Below, piece after piece: positions 37,471-47,477 of a DNA stretch of 64,000 nucleotides. Numbering within the stretch: position 1 is the first letter of the stretch; every line of letters starts with the position of its first letter. Source of the DNA: an uncultured bacterium (GTDB taxonomy: Bacteria; Patescibacteriota; Saccharimonadia; UBA4664; SCTI01). A program made the translations under genes and the position numbers. Where the stretch lies: contig CAVRJJ010000005.1 of the NCBI GenBank assembly GCA_963721685.1, positions 39,943-103,942 of the forward strand, given 5' to 3'. The notes beneath the pieces are model-generated. The model was not told where the DNA came from, did not search any database, and saw nothing but the letters and a program-made list of their open reading frames with translations.

Positions 37471-39792
37471 TTAGAACCTTGGCTGCTTTTCCCGGACCAC
37501 TCCGCCGCTTGCTGAATTGAGTAGATTCGTAAACCCTGGCGGAGGCAGCACATAGGCCTGGCCAATCAGCTCTACAATTTCAGCTTCGGAAGCAGTACCG
37601 GATACCCGCTGGTGCGTCCGGGTAAACTGAATTGCCTTACCCATTAAGGCGCCGTTCACCTTTAGCCGGCTTTGTTTGCAGTCTTGGGTGTTATAGCCGT
37701 TCGTCTTTGGATTCTGCAGCGACCGGCCATCACCCAAAGAGCAGGTATTGATTTTGCCTTTCCCGGTTGACGTCCCCACCGCGTAAATAAGGGCGTCGAT
37801 AGTATTAACATCATTTTCAATATAGACATTACCTTCAACTACTATGCCCAAAGACGGTTGTCCTGAAATAAGCGCTGGACTAGGGTCGTTTTGAATATTT
37901 CCGCGAATATAGAGGTCTCCATGGACGTACAGTGTCCATCTTCGGTTTACCGTAAGGTTCTCGATGGATACATCACCAAACTTATTAAACGGCTCAATAA
38001 CGCGGGCAGGGCCGCCGGCAGGATAGCCCAAGTTGTTAACATTTACCCCTCCAGAATTGCTGTTAACAATGTCATTGCCTGGCATAGTGTCATGATACGT
38101 GGGTCCCCGGTCGATATACTTATCAACCTCAGCCTGAACGTCCGGCCGGCACTGGTGCCCGCCCTGGTTCTTAATTCCTATAAGCGAGTTGACATTGGCT
38201 ACGTTCCCGGCGGCGCTCACCACATATTGCCCATAACTTCCGGCGTTCGCGTTGAAGCCCCCGTGCTCAGTAGTTAAACAAATACCCTCGGGGGCGGTTA
38301 AGAAGTTGCCCCCGGCCCGAACACCGCCTTTTTGCACCCCAAAGTAAGGCTTGTTTATCAAACCGCGCTCAACTTCCACCGGGTTGGAGGGCAAGCAAGC
38401 CGGGTTGTGGCCCACCTCCCACATCTTGAGCCAGCAAACCTTGGCTTGGTTCGTGACGCGACCCCCCAAAGGAGTACCGGGCCGGTATTGGACGTGGAAG
38501 GTGTAAGTGCCGTCATTGAAGTAAAGCGGCCAAGAAAGGAAATCCCATCTCAGCCCGCTATTTGCGCAAGCTAGTGGCGGGGTGGTGCCGCTACAACTAG
38601 TAGTGTCAACATCCATACCGGAATGAAGCGCGCTAACGTTAAAATCCTGCCCCCCGTTATTCTGGTCAATCACTTGGTAGGTAATCGGCCCTTTGGCAAC
38701 ATTGGGAGTTACGTTAATGGTGTAGTCGGCTTCATCATATAAGGGGTCGTCGGTGTCGAATTCCGGAATCCCGTTTTCGTCGGCGTCGGAAATACCGCTC
38801 TCAAACTCCGCCTCGGTCATAACACTTTTAGTTACATCAATTATTTCACCGGGAATGGGGTTATAGGTTACGTTGGATGGAACGGCGTTACCAAGCCACC
38901 CATCAACAATGGCGGTAGCAAAGTTCGATACCCCCTGTAACCCCGCGCTCATATCCTCACACTGCAGTATGGGCCCATCGGCACTATAGGCGCCTTGGGC
39001 CGGACTGACGGCGGTAGCACAATAGGGGGGGCCGCTGGGATAGACACCAATGTTTTGCGCATCTTTGGTATACCCATGCCAGTTAATGGTTAAAGAGCTA
39101 TAGGCCGGCATGACATCAAAGTGGACGCGAATGGAGTTAGGAACTGAGCCATTAGTTGGAAAGACCACACAGGAATACTGCGTTTGAAATTCACGAGCGT
39201 AGCCGTAGTTAAAGACTTGGGGGATGTAAGCAGAGATGGCGCAGGTAGCAGGATCGGCAACCACCGTATCAGTTGACCAACCGGCTGGCTTATCCCCAGA
39301 AGCACTATTAGACAGTACAACACTATCTATAACAACGTTATTCCCATCCTGCTTGAGGTTAAGCGGAATTTGATCCTCTATATGAGTACCGAAGAAATTG
39401 CCGTCGCGAATGTTATCAATTGTCATCGAATAGCTTACAAAGCAACCCGGGTTATCGCGATTAGCTTGGCAGTTTGGATGGTTGGCAGGGAGTAATGGCG
39501 TCCCCTCTCCCTGGAGTACTGTTTTGGTAATGACGGGTGGTTGAGCCACCGGTAGGTATTCAAAATCAAATTCGTCATCCTCGACACGGTCGTAGTTCTC
39601 TTGGTTTGATCCGCATTCGTTTTGAGGTTGACCACTATTTCCCAGACAATAGACCTCGGCTACCTGATATTCATATTGGTCAAGTAGGGGGTTCGGAGTA
39701 ACCTTAGGGCTTAAATTTGGTTTTATCAGGGTATAGTCAGTACCTCTATAGCTGAAGGTGTCGGGGGCGCGAATACAAAATCTGTTGCCCAC
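37471..39792 (-). CDS. Large extracellular protein, C-terminal part (possible beta-helix region); in frame with the upstream ORF, separated only by one TAG
   Basis: 773 aa ORF starting with GTG 23 codons after the TAG of 39862..40653. Confidence 0.5.
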   Translation of the reverse strand: MGNRFCIRAPDTFSYRGTDYTLIKPNLSPKVTPNPLLDQYEYQVAEVYCLGNSGQPQNECGSNQENYDRVEDDEFDFEYLPVAQPPVITKTVLQGEGTPLLPANHPNCQANRDNPGCFVSYSMTIDNIRDGNFFGTHIEDQIPLNLKQDGNNVVIDSVVLSNSASGDKPAGWSTDTVVADPATCAISAYIPQVFNYGYAREFQTQYSCVVFPTNGSVPNSIRVHFDVMPAYSSLTINWHGYTKDAQNIGVYPSGPPYCATAVSPAQGAYSADGPILQCEDMSAGLQGVSNFATAIVDGWLGNAVPSNVTYNPIPGEIIDVTKSVMTEAEFESGISDADENGIPEFDTDDPLYDEADYTINVTPNVAKGPITYQVIDQNNGGQDFNVSALHSGMDVDTTSCSGTTPPLACANSGLRWDFLSWPLYFNDGTYTFHVQYRPGTPLGGRVTNQAKVCWLKMWEVGHNPACLPSNPVEVERGLINKPYFGVQKGGVRAGGNFLTAPEGICLTTEHGGFNANAGSYGQYVVSAAGNVANVNSLIGIKNQGGHQCRPDVQAEVDKYIDRGPTYHDTMPGNDIVNSNSGGVNVNNLGYPAGGPARVIEPFNKFGDVSIENLTVNRRWTLYVHGDLYIRGNIQNDPSPALISGQPSLGIVVEGNVYIENDVNTIDALIYAVGTSTGKGKINTCSLGDGRSLQNPKTNGYNTQDCKQSRLKVNGALMGKAIQFTRTHQRVSGTASEAEIVELIGQAYVLPPPGFTNLLNSASGGVVREKQPRF

Positions 39793-39861
39793 CGCTTCTT
39801 GAAACTCATAGTTACCGTCAGGCTTCGCGAAAATCGTTTTCTGCGGTAGGATCCGCAGCCG

Positions 39862-40653
39862 CTACAGGTGTGGCCAACATAGAGGGCACCGGCAACCCTC
39901 TCCGGTAGCGAATTCAGGAGAAGATATCACGGTGCCGCTAATGGGCACCGAGGTAACTTCATAGCACAGGATATCGGGGGAACGGTCTTGGGTTCCGGAA
40001 TAGACATTCCCAACTGCCACGTACGTTCGAACACAAACCTTATGGGTTCCGGCAATCCCTTCCCGTATTCTAAAACTAAACCTATAGGTAACCGAGTGCG
40101 GATTGGTCGCGTTGGTGTCGCCTGGTGCAGGCCGCTCCCAATAAATAGACTTTCCCGCCCCGGGGACTAAGTCGGTAAGGTCGGGGTCGCAGCTAAACGC
40201 GTAGGCGGGCGGCGGGCTGCCAAAGGGGTCTGTCTTAGGGCAGTTATTATACGGATTCCGGTAATCTTCAGTATCGGCGGACGCCGCCGTATCGGCTGGC
40301 CCCGGGGCGTTAGAACCATTACGGCCATCGTTGATTTGAGTAACCGGCGTCGCGCTTCCCGCGACGCTTATAGATAGCGGATCGTACATAGTGGTGTCAA
40401 TATCAATAAGCGCGAAGGTGATAACCTTATTTCCACCTGAAGTACCTTTAGCGGTGTAGGTGGTGGTGAACGATAGCGTTTGACCCGGGGTAACGGGAGT
40501 AGGGAACGCGGAGCTTCCTCCAGCAGGGGTGCTGGGTCCTTCATTCAAGACAATTTCAGCGTCAAACGCGGCTTGCGCCTGTCCAATCCCGAATGTAAGG
40601 CTAGCGCAAAAACTGAAAGCGCCTAGTGCTATTAGGCGGAACACGAGTCTCAT
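39862..40653 (-). CDS. Secreted protein, N-terminal part with signal peptide (probable 5' portion of one roughly 1060 aa surface-protein gene)
   Basis: MRLVFRLIALGAFSFCASLTFGIGQAQA signal peptide. Confidence 0.5.
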   Translation of the reverse strand: MRLVFRLIALGAFSFCASLTFGIGQAQAAFDAEIVLNEGPSTPAGGSSAFPTPVTPGQTLSFTTTYTAKGTSGGNKVITFALIDIDTTMYDPLSISVAGSATPVTQINDGRNGSNAPGPADTAASADTEDYRNPYNNCPKTDPFGSPPPAYAFSCDPDLTDLVPGAGKSIYWERPAPGDTNATNPHSVTYRFSFRIREGIAGTHKVCVRTYVAVGNVYSGTQDRSPDILCYEVTSVPISGTVISSPEFATGEGCRCPLCWPHL

Positions 40654-40844
40654 TCGCCGCGCGTCCAGCTTGTAAATAATGCCAAATTCGTCTTCATCAG
40701 TTGGCTAACGCCACCCTCACCTTAAATGCACTTTTCAGTTTATAAGCATTAGCGTTATTATGCAAGACATAAAGGCCATTGGCCCCCCCAGCAAATGCCG
40801 GGGGGAGCCTGATGGTTGGACGTGCTCACCTGATGACCTGAGCG

Positions 40845-41339
40845 CTACCGCCTGGCTGCCGTCACCTTGATGACCGTGAACGGCTCGCCGGAGCCGGCGG
40901 TGGCCCGCACCCTGCACATACCGTTGGCAGGACCGGGAATTTTCCAGCCGTCATCTCCGTAGTAGGTCGCGGAAACGGTGCTGATTTTCGTGGAATTGGA
41001 GCGCTGCTTGGCACAGCCCAGGACTCTCTGGCCGGGAATGATCTCGGCCAACGAACGACAGATGCGCCATGCGGGGTTCTTCACCTCCCACGACACCCTG
41101 CCGAAGTTGAACTGGGACTCGTTGTCCGGCTCTTTGGTGACACGCAGTTTGATGCGCGTCAAGTCGCCGGAGTTGAGCCCCCTGTCCTTGCCCGGCTGGT
41201 TGTAGTAGACCACCCAGGGACGGGCGCAGCTCGAGCCCTTCTTGGCGGTCGCGGACGACGCGGACGACGAGAGAACAGTCGACCCCAGCATCATGACGAG
41301 AGCCATGAGCGCCAGGGCACTTCCGGGGGTGAGCCTCAT
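40845..41339 (-). CDS. Small secreted hypothetical protein in G+C-rich island
   Basis: Signal peptide MRLTPGSALALMALVMMLGSTVLSSSASSA; the other frame gives Arg-rich nonsense typical of high-GC out-of-frame. Confidence 0.45.
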   Translation of the reverse strand: MRLTPGSALALMALVMMLGSTVLSSSASSATAKKGSSCARPWVVYYNQPGKDRGLNSGDLTRIKLRVTKEPDNESQFNFGRVSWEVKNPAWRICRSLAEIIPGQRVLGCAKQRSNSTKISTVSATYYGDDGWKIPGPANGMCRVRATAGSGEPFTVIKVTAARR

Positions 41340-41500
41340 GGCTCCTCCGTTCGGTAGGATGCGGTTGCATCAGTTTGCACGTAAAGATCGCCCACGAGGG
41401 CGACCCCGTGAGTAATCTGATTATATACTATTTGCTCTTATTTGTAAACAGTTATGTTGGGCGGCAATTGCTTGCTGTCATTGGGCATAACTGTCTTATG

Positions 41501-42910
41501 TTACGGGCAGTCGCGCGTATATTGAAGCGCTTTATAAAGGTTAAGCCGGCCGGCACCAATTCCCCTGCTGGCAGGGCCATCGGCGGTTGCTTTTAGGATC
41601 GCTTCGACGCGGTCAGGAGTTAAGCTTGGCTTCATCGCGAGCATCAGAGCCACCGCTCCTGAAACAATCGGAGTTGACCCCGAGGTTCCGGCAAACCCAC
41701 CATAGGAACTGCCCCTTTGGGTTGTATATTGCTCGTAAGGAGCGGATATATCGGCAAAAGGGCCGCTCGCGCCGTAATTAGACCTGTCTGCGCGCTTGGC
41801 AGGAGATTCGCCCACAGCCGTGCCACCGGACGCGATAGCAGGACCATATGAGGCGGGCGCGTGAATTGCGTTGTTGCCTCCATTGCCCACAGCCGCTACG
41901 ACAATTACATTATTGGCTGTGGCAAAATCAATCGCTTCTTTAGAATACGTATCTACACAATCCGTGCCCACGGGACACAAGCGTCCGGCACTGTAGTTAA
42001 TGACTCGGACACCGCGGCTAACCGCATAACGAACGCCTTGGGCAAAAGCCAGAGTACTCCCCGCATTATTGGCTGCCATCACTTTTACCGACAATATCCT
42101 TGAGTTCCAGCTTATTCCAGCAATTCCCGCGCTATTATTGGTAGCCGCCGCCGCTAACCCGGCAACAGCGGTCCCGTGGTCATTATCGTCTTCAGCGCCG
42201 TTGGCATCGTTTGCCGTAGCTGAACCATTAATGAAATCCATGCCGTAATAATCATCAATATATCCGTTTGCGTCTTCATCGGCACCATTCCCTGGAGCAT
42301 CTCCGCCATTTACAAGAATTTTACTGGAAAGGTCAGGATGGTTGCTTTGTACGCCGGTATCAAGGATGGCGATATCGACCCCGCTAGTATTAACCGCCCA
42401 GCCCTCAGGAGCCGAAATATCGAGCAAATATGATTGCTGGCTAGCTTTAACTTCCGGATCATTTGGAGCATTCCTAGGCTGAGCCGATCCTGTGGTAACA
42501 TGGTTCACCTCGGCGTACTCGACTCCCGGCTTTTTCTTGGCTTCAACCGCGGCCTCATTCAAATCTTTACCCTCGGGAACCGTTAATATATAGGTTTGAG
42601 GCATATTTGACACTGCTTTTAAGTCGGCGCCAAAGGAGGAGACCGTGGTTTGATCGGTTATTTTTAAGATTAATTGGCGAGCGATTACTTTGGTATATAA
42701 ACCATCCGATTGCTTGTAGTCTTCTGTTGGCTCATTTCCCACCTTGGTTATATCTGCCATAGCCTCATCGGCATACTTTTTAGTCGCAGCTTCCGGCTTG
42801 CTCTTAGAGTTCGTGCCTTGTTGGGAACTGACATACCAATATCCAGCCAAGCCAGCAGCCAACACCACAATGCTACAGATTACAGCGGTTAGAACTTTGC
42901 TACGAGACAT
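41501..42910 (-). CDS. Subtilisin-like serine protease (peptidase S8), membrane-anchored or secreted
   Basis: Catalytic triad contexts DTGVQSNHPDL, HGTAVAGLAAA, GTSGSTPIVSGAVALM; N-terminal TM. Confidence 0.85.
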   Translation of the reverse strand: MSRSKVLTAVICSIVVLAAGLAGYWYVSSQQGTNSKSKPEAATKKYADEAMADITKVGNEPTEDYKQSDGLYTKVIARQLILKITDQTTVSSFGADLKAVSNMPQTYILTVPEGKDLNEAAVEAKKKPGVEYAEVNHVTTGSAQPRNAPNDPEVKASQQSYLLDISAPEGWAVNTSGVDIAILDTGVQSNHPDLSSKILVNGGDAPGNGADEDANGYIDDYYGMDFINGSATANDANGAEDDNDHGTAVAGLAAAATNNSAGIAGISWNSRILSVKVMAANNAGSTLAFAQGVRYAVSRGVRVINYSAGRLCPVGTDCVDTYSKEAIDFATANNVIVVAAVGNGGNNAIHAPASYGPAIASGGTAVGESPAKRADRSNYGASGPFADISAPYEQYTTQRGSSYGGFAGTSGSTPIVSGAVALMLAMKPSLTPDRVEAILKATADGPASRGIGAGRLNLYKALQYTRDCP

Positions 42911-43607
42911 GCGCGGACTCCTTATTGAGGCAACCGGAGGGGTTTGAGACTTGAGTAATAACGTTAGCAGGAATCAGAGGATTAATGACGGGCACAAAAG
43001 CGGTGCCGCACGGGGTATTGGTATTGGCGTTAGGTGAGGTGGGCAGACCGCCGGTTCCCCCTGATGGAGGGGTTGGGTTCGGAAGGGCTCGCGCGGGCTG
43101 TAGGCTACCTTCACGCTCAAGGGAAAGCTCCACCCGGGTAGTCTGGTTTCTGCGCACAGCAAAGCTCCCTCCCCTGCTCGACTGCTTATTTACGCCAGCC
43201 TTAAACTTACTTTTTTGCGACATTTGGTACCCTGCACGTTCAGCCCGGATAACCGTATACTTTAGGTATTTCCGGTTTGGTTTGCTGTATACTCCGGCCT
43301 CACAGCCTACAAACTTTGTCGTCCCATGAACAGAAGGCCCGGCACTGGCCGGTGCGGTTTGCCTGGTAGGGTCATCGCATTCATACGGCGCGCCAACACT
43401 ATTAACTTGTACGACTACGTTTCCTAAGCGCTCCTTAATGCCGCCCGTCACATCATAGGTAGTTACCAAAATAGACCCTTTTGGCAGCGGCGTGGCGGCG
43501 TAGACAATACCGCCAATGCCTATAATAACCGCGACGGTGACTGCCACGCATGCAACAATAAAGCGCTTTGAGTTACTGCCGGAAGATGTGGTATTAGAGT
43601 TGTCCAT
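42900..43607 (-). CDS. Surface-protein paralog A (short): N-terminal anchor plus conserved beta-sandwich-like domain
   Basis: Shares AATPLPxGSIxVxTYDVTGGIKE...YSKPNRKYLKYT...SRGGSFAVR...SLEREG with the two downstream paralogs; own TTGACA-N17-TATACT promoter. Confidence 0.55.
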   Translation of the reverse strand: MDNSNTTSSGSNSKRFIVACVAVTVAVIIGIGGIVYAATPLPKGSILVTTYDVTGGIKERLGNVVVQVNSVGAPYECDDPTRQTAPASAGPSVHGTTKFVGCEAGVYSKPNRKYLKYTVIRAERAGYQMSQKSKFKAGVNKQSSRGGSFAVRRNQTTRVELSLEREGSLQPARALPNPTPPSGGTGGLPTSPNANTNTPCGTAFVPVINPLIPANVITQVSNPSGCLNKESAHVS

Positions 43608-43688
43608 CAAAATACTTCTTATGCTTGAGTATAGAATGAAAGAAATGCGTTGTCAAAAAAAACGCAAGAGCAAAATCGCTCCTACTAC

Positions 43689-44966
43689 CTAAGGGCGTGA
43701 ATTAGGATGGCGTCCGTAGATCGCGTCATTGGTAGGCCAGCCCACAATGCAGTCGCGGTTAATAAAGCCCCAGCCATAAGCGCTCCGGTCGTCTTCCCTG
43801 TCGCCCACCACGGCCGCGGCTTTACCATCAAGGGTCGTAAACCGATAACGGATAGCGTCTGGCAAGGTTAAGTCTATCGTGCCCACAGGGTCGCTGAAGC
43901 TGCCCTGGGTATAGTCATTGCCTGAGAAATAGTTCTTATAGAGTTTGGCATCTGTACAAGCCGGGTTCATGTCCTGGGGGAACAAGGTTATGGGTCCGTT
44001 GCATGCAGCTGTGCCGTCATGGTCGCAGTTAAACTGGGTTCCAAATGACTTTCGAATGCTATTTGCAGCAGGGCTGTCCGCCTCTACATAGGAAAGAAAC
44101 GGATGGTTGCTGCATTCGTTGCTATAAGCCTTTAAGGTGTTTGTGCTCACCGTGCCTGGCTCGAGCCATCCGCAGCCCACCTTTGTGCCGTCCGGACGGC
44201 GAATCAGTCCAAACATGTACCCATTGGCGCTCTCGGTGCCATATTGGCTGTCCGGAGAAGGTGAATTCAACCTTACGAGATCAACCGACCATCCGACGAG
44301 AACCGAACCCAAGAAGTAAGAGTTAGGTTGGTTTGAAATCCAGGCGGGATCGGGGTTTGACAGACCATAGCGGGATACGTGTCTGGTTTGGGAAAAAACA
44401 ATATTACCTTTATTCACACCTTCGCCGCTGGTGGGAGGCGTTGGTGCAACCCGAGCTTGCTGTGGAGTCCCCTCTCTTTCCAATGAAATTTCCACTTTGG
44501 TGGTTCGGTCTTTACGGACCGCGAAACTGCCGCCGCGGCTGGAAGCCTTATTGGCGCCAACCTTAAACTTGCTCTTCTGCGAAACCTGGTAGCCGTCCCG
44601 GGTGGCTTTAATAATCGTGTACTTTAAATACTTTCGGTTTGGCTTGCTATACACGGCTGATTCGCAGTTAACATACTTTACGTAACCATGGTTGGGTCCG
44701 GCGGATTCAGGAGGCGTTGTTTTAATCGGGTCATTGCATTCATACGGGGCTGAAACACTATTTACTTGAACTTCTACGTTCCCTAAAGGCTCTTTAATGC
44801 CGCCGGTTACATCATAGGTGCGGACTTCAATTGAACCTGTCGGCAGTGGAGTTGCGGCGTAAACGCTCCCCGCCAGTACTACTATGGCGGCGGCAACCAG
44901 CGTAACCCTGCCTTTGACGGACTGGGGGAAGTGGGGTTTGGATAGTTTTATTGCTGGGAGTTTCAT
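43689..44966 (-). CDS. Surface-protein paralog B: conserved N-terminal domain plus Cys-containing variable C-terminal domain
   Basis: Start taken at MKLPAIKL (ATG 44964-44966) preceded by TTGACA...TATATAC and the conserved leader ctcaagcataagaagtat. Confidence 0.6.
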   Translation of the reverse strand: MKLPAIKLSKPHFPQSVKGRVTLVAAAIVVLAGSVYAATPLPTGSIEVRTYDVTGGIKEPLGNVEVQVNSVSAPYECNDPIKTTPPESAGPNHGYVKYVNCESAVYSKPNRKYLKYTIIKATRDGYQVSQKSKFKVGANKASSRGGSFAVRKDRTTKVEISLEREGTPQQARVAPTPPTSGEGVNKGNIVFSQTRHVSRYGLSNPDPAWISNQPNSYFLGSVLVGWSVDLVRLNSPSPDSQYGTESANGYMFGLIRRPDGTKVGCGWLEPGTVSTNTLKAYSNECSNHPFLSYVEADSPAANSIRKSFGTQFNCDHDGTAACNGPITLFPQDMNPACTDAKLYKNYFSGNDYTQGSFSDPVGTIDLTLPDAIRYRFTTLDGKAAAVVGDREDDRSAYGWGFINRDCIVGWPTNDAIYGRHPNSRP

Positions 44967-45021
44967 AATACTTCTTATGCTTGAGTATATAGCGGACAAT
45001 AAAGTGTGTCAAAGCGACTTT

Positions 45022-46321
45022 TTACGCTGACGGCGGCGGGTACTTAACATTGGGGTATCTCACTTCATAGTATTCTTTGTCAGTTGGATTGCCAATTATG
45101 CAATCCCGACTAATAAACCCCCACCCATAGGTAGCAGCTCCGGCAACCACTGCCGCTCTCTCGTCATAGGTAGTAAAGCGATACCGCAATGAGTCTGACG
45201 TCCTTAAATCCACTTGGAACGGGTTGCCCGAGCTATCCAAAACAGGGTCACGGAATCTTCCTGATTTGTAGTTATTCATATAATAATTCCTATACAATGT
45301 AGGGTCAGCGCATCCGGGATTCATATCCTGAGGATCTAATGTTATGGGGCTATTGCACTTATTTGGTATGCTGCCTCTAATAACATCCCCCTTGTCACAA
45401 TTGAAATGTTTACCATAGTGTACTCTCATACCATTAATCTGTTCGTCTGCCTGCTGAGGCTCCCGAAATGGGTGCGTACTGCATATATTGGTGTAGGCCC
45501 TCAAAGGACCTTGAACCGTATTCGGCTCAAGCCATGCGCAACCTATTTCGGTTCCATCATCTCGCCGAATTAAGCCAAACATATATTCATCCTTCGGAGT
45601 AGTGAGGCCGCCAGACCGTAACGTTACCAATTCGACTTTCCATCCGGGCTTAACCGAACCTAAGTAATAAGAATTTGTGTAATTGGACATCCACATGTCA
45701 TCAGGCTGTGCCAGCGGATATTTGTAAGAATGATGGGTTTGGGCAAAAATAATAGTATTCCCCTTGTTGGTACTTCCGCCGCTCGTTGGAGGCGTGGGCG
45801 CAACCCGAGCTTGCTGAGCCGCCCCCTCTCTTTCCAATGAAATTTCCACTTTGGTGGTTCGGTCTTTACGGACCGCGAAACTACCGCCGCGGCTGGAAGC
45901 CTTATTGGCGCCAACCTTAAATTTGCTTTTCTGCGAAACCTGGTAGCCATCTCGTATGGCCTTGACGACCGTGTACTTTAGATATTTTCGGTTCGGTTTG
46001 CTGTACACGGCCGATTCGCAGTTCACAAATTTTACGTAGCCATGGTTGGATCCGGCGGATTCAGGAGGCGTTATTTTAATCGGGTCATTGCATTCATACG
46101 GGGCTGAAACACTATTTACTTGAACTTCTACGTTCCCTAAAGGCTCTTTAATGCCGCCGGTTACATCATAGGTGCGGACTTCAATTGAACCTGTCGGCAG
46201 TGGAGTTGCGGCGTAAACGCTCCCCGCCAGTACTACTATGGCGGCGGCAACCAGCGTAACCCTGCCTTTGACGGACTGGGGGAAGTGGGGTTTGGATAGT
46301 TTTATCTGCTGGGAGTTTCAT
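45022..46321 (-). pseudogene. Surface-protein paralog C; N-terminal signal region frameshifted by a 1-nt insertion relative to paralog B
   Basis: 46037-46370 nearly identical to 44690-45011 except ttttatCtgctgg versus ttttattgctgg; intact ORF only from internal Met (45022..46026). Confidence 0.5.
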
Positions 46322-46418
46322 GATACTTCTTATGCTTGAGTATATAGCGGACAATAAAGTGTGTCAAAAATTCCCTTAGCTAACCTTATACTTAGTAATA
46401 TTTATGTTAGACTAAGGT

Positions 46419-47477
46419 ATGAAAATTGCGATTGTAGGATTACCAAATGTTGGTAAATCTACCCTCTTTAACGCCCTCACTAAAAATAATGTCTTAGCCG
46501 CAAACTATCCTTTCGCCACGATTGAGCCTAATGTGGGGATCGTGCCGGTAGCCGACGACCGTTTGCCAAAACTGGCTTCGCTGTATGATGCTAAGAAAAT
46601 TATTCCGGCTACCGTAACCTTTGTTGATATCGCGGGCTTAGTTAAGGGCGCCAGCGAAGGCCAGGGCTTAGGCAACCAGTTTTTAGCCAATATCCGCGAA
46701 TGCGACGCGATCTGCCAAGTGGTACGGGCATTTTCCGACGATAACGTAGCCCATGTAAGCGAGAAAGTTGACCCACTCGATGACATCCTGACCATTAACA
46801 CCGAGCTGATGCTGGCCGACCTCCAAACTATTGATAAGCGCTTGGGCAAAATGAAAAAAGATGCTAGCCAGAAAGCCTTGGTTGCGGAGCTGGAAAAAGC
46901 GCGCGCTATTCTAGATAAAGGGGAGTTGCTAGGCAGCCATCCTGAGCTTGATATTGAAATATTAGGCGAGCTCCAACTCATGACGCTTAAGCCCTTTCTT
47001 TTTGCTTTTAATTTGGATGAAGATCAGTTAAGCGACGCTGAGCGTAAGCAACAACTGGCCACATTGGTATCCCCCTCCCCTAGTGTTTTTCTGTGCGCTA
47101 AAGTTGAAGCCGAGTTAAGCAGTTTGCCGGAAGCCGAGGCGGCTGAGCTCTTGCGTGAAATTGGCCAACTTGAGCCCGGGCTGGTGGCTTTAGCCCGAGA
47201 GGCCCAGCGCGCCTTGCAATTACAAAGCTACTTAACCGCCGGCCCCCAGGAAGTGCGCGCCTGGACTATTCCAATTGGCACAAAAGCGCCGCAAGCGGCC
47301 GGTGTTATCCATACCGATTTTGAAAAAGGCTTTATTAAAGCCGAAGTAGTAAGTTATGAAGATCTTATTAGTGCCGGATCGCTTGCCGCGGCCCGCGCGG
47401 CCGGCAAAGCCCGGTTGGAAGGCAAAGATTATGTGATGAAACCGGATGATGTGGTGGAATTCAGGGTTAACACATAA
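46419..47477 (+). CDS. ychF: Ribosome-binding ATPase YchF (Obg-family GTPase)
   Basis: GLPNVGKSTLFNALT G1 motif, C-terminal TGS domain. Confidence 0.9.
   Translation: MKIAIVGLPNVGKSTLFNALTKNNVLAANYPFATIEPNVGIVPVADDRLPKLASLYDAKKIIPATVTFVDIAGLVKGASEGQGLGNQFLANIRECDAICQVVRAFSDDNVAHVSEKVDPLDDILTINTELMLADLQTIDKRLGKMKKDASQKALVAELEKARAILDKGELLGSHPELDIEILGELQLMTLKPFLFAFNLDEDQLSDAERKQQLATLVSPSPSVFLCAKVEAELSSLPEAEAAELLREIGQLEPGLVALAREAQRALQLQSYLTAGPQEVRAWTIPIGTKAPQAAGVIHTDFEKGFIKAEVVSYEDLISAGSLAAARAAGKARLEGKDYVMKPDDVVEFRVNT

Noticed and set aside
37471-40653. Alternative genetic code (stop-codon reassignment) to explain the in-frame TAG
   Set aside because: Well-conserved proteins in the window (RecA, PNPase, PilB and others) end at standard TAA, TAG or TGA with expected lengths, and pnp itself ends in TAG. 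The standard code 11 fits.
40951-41370. 139 aa ORF in the alternative frame of the G+C-rich island
   Set aside because: Extremely Arg/His/Gln-rich, a typical out-of-frame artefact of high-GC coding DNA. The frame with the signal peptide is preferred.
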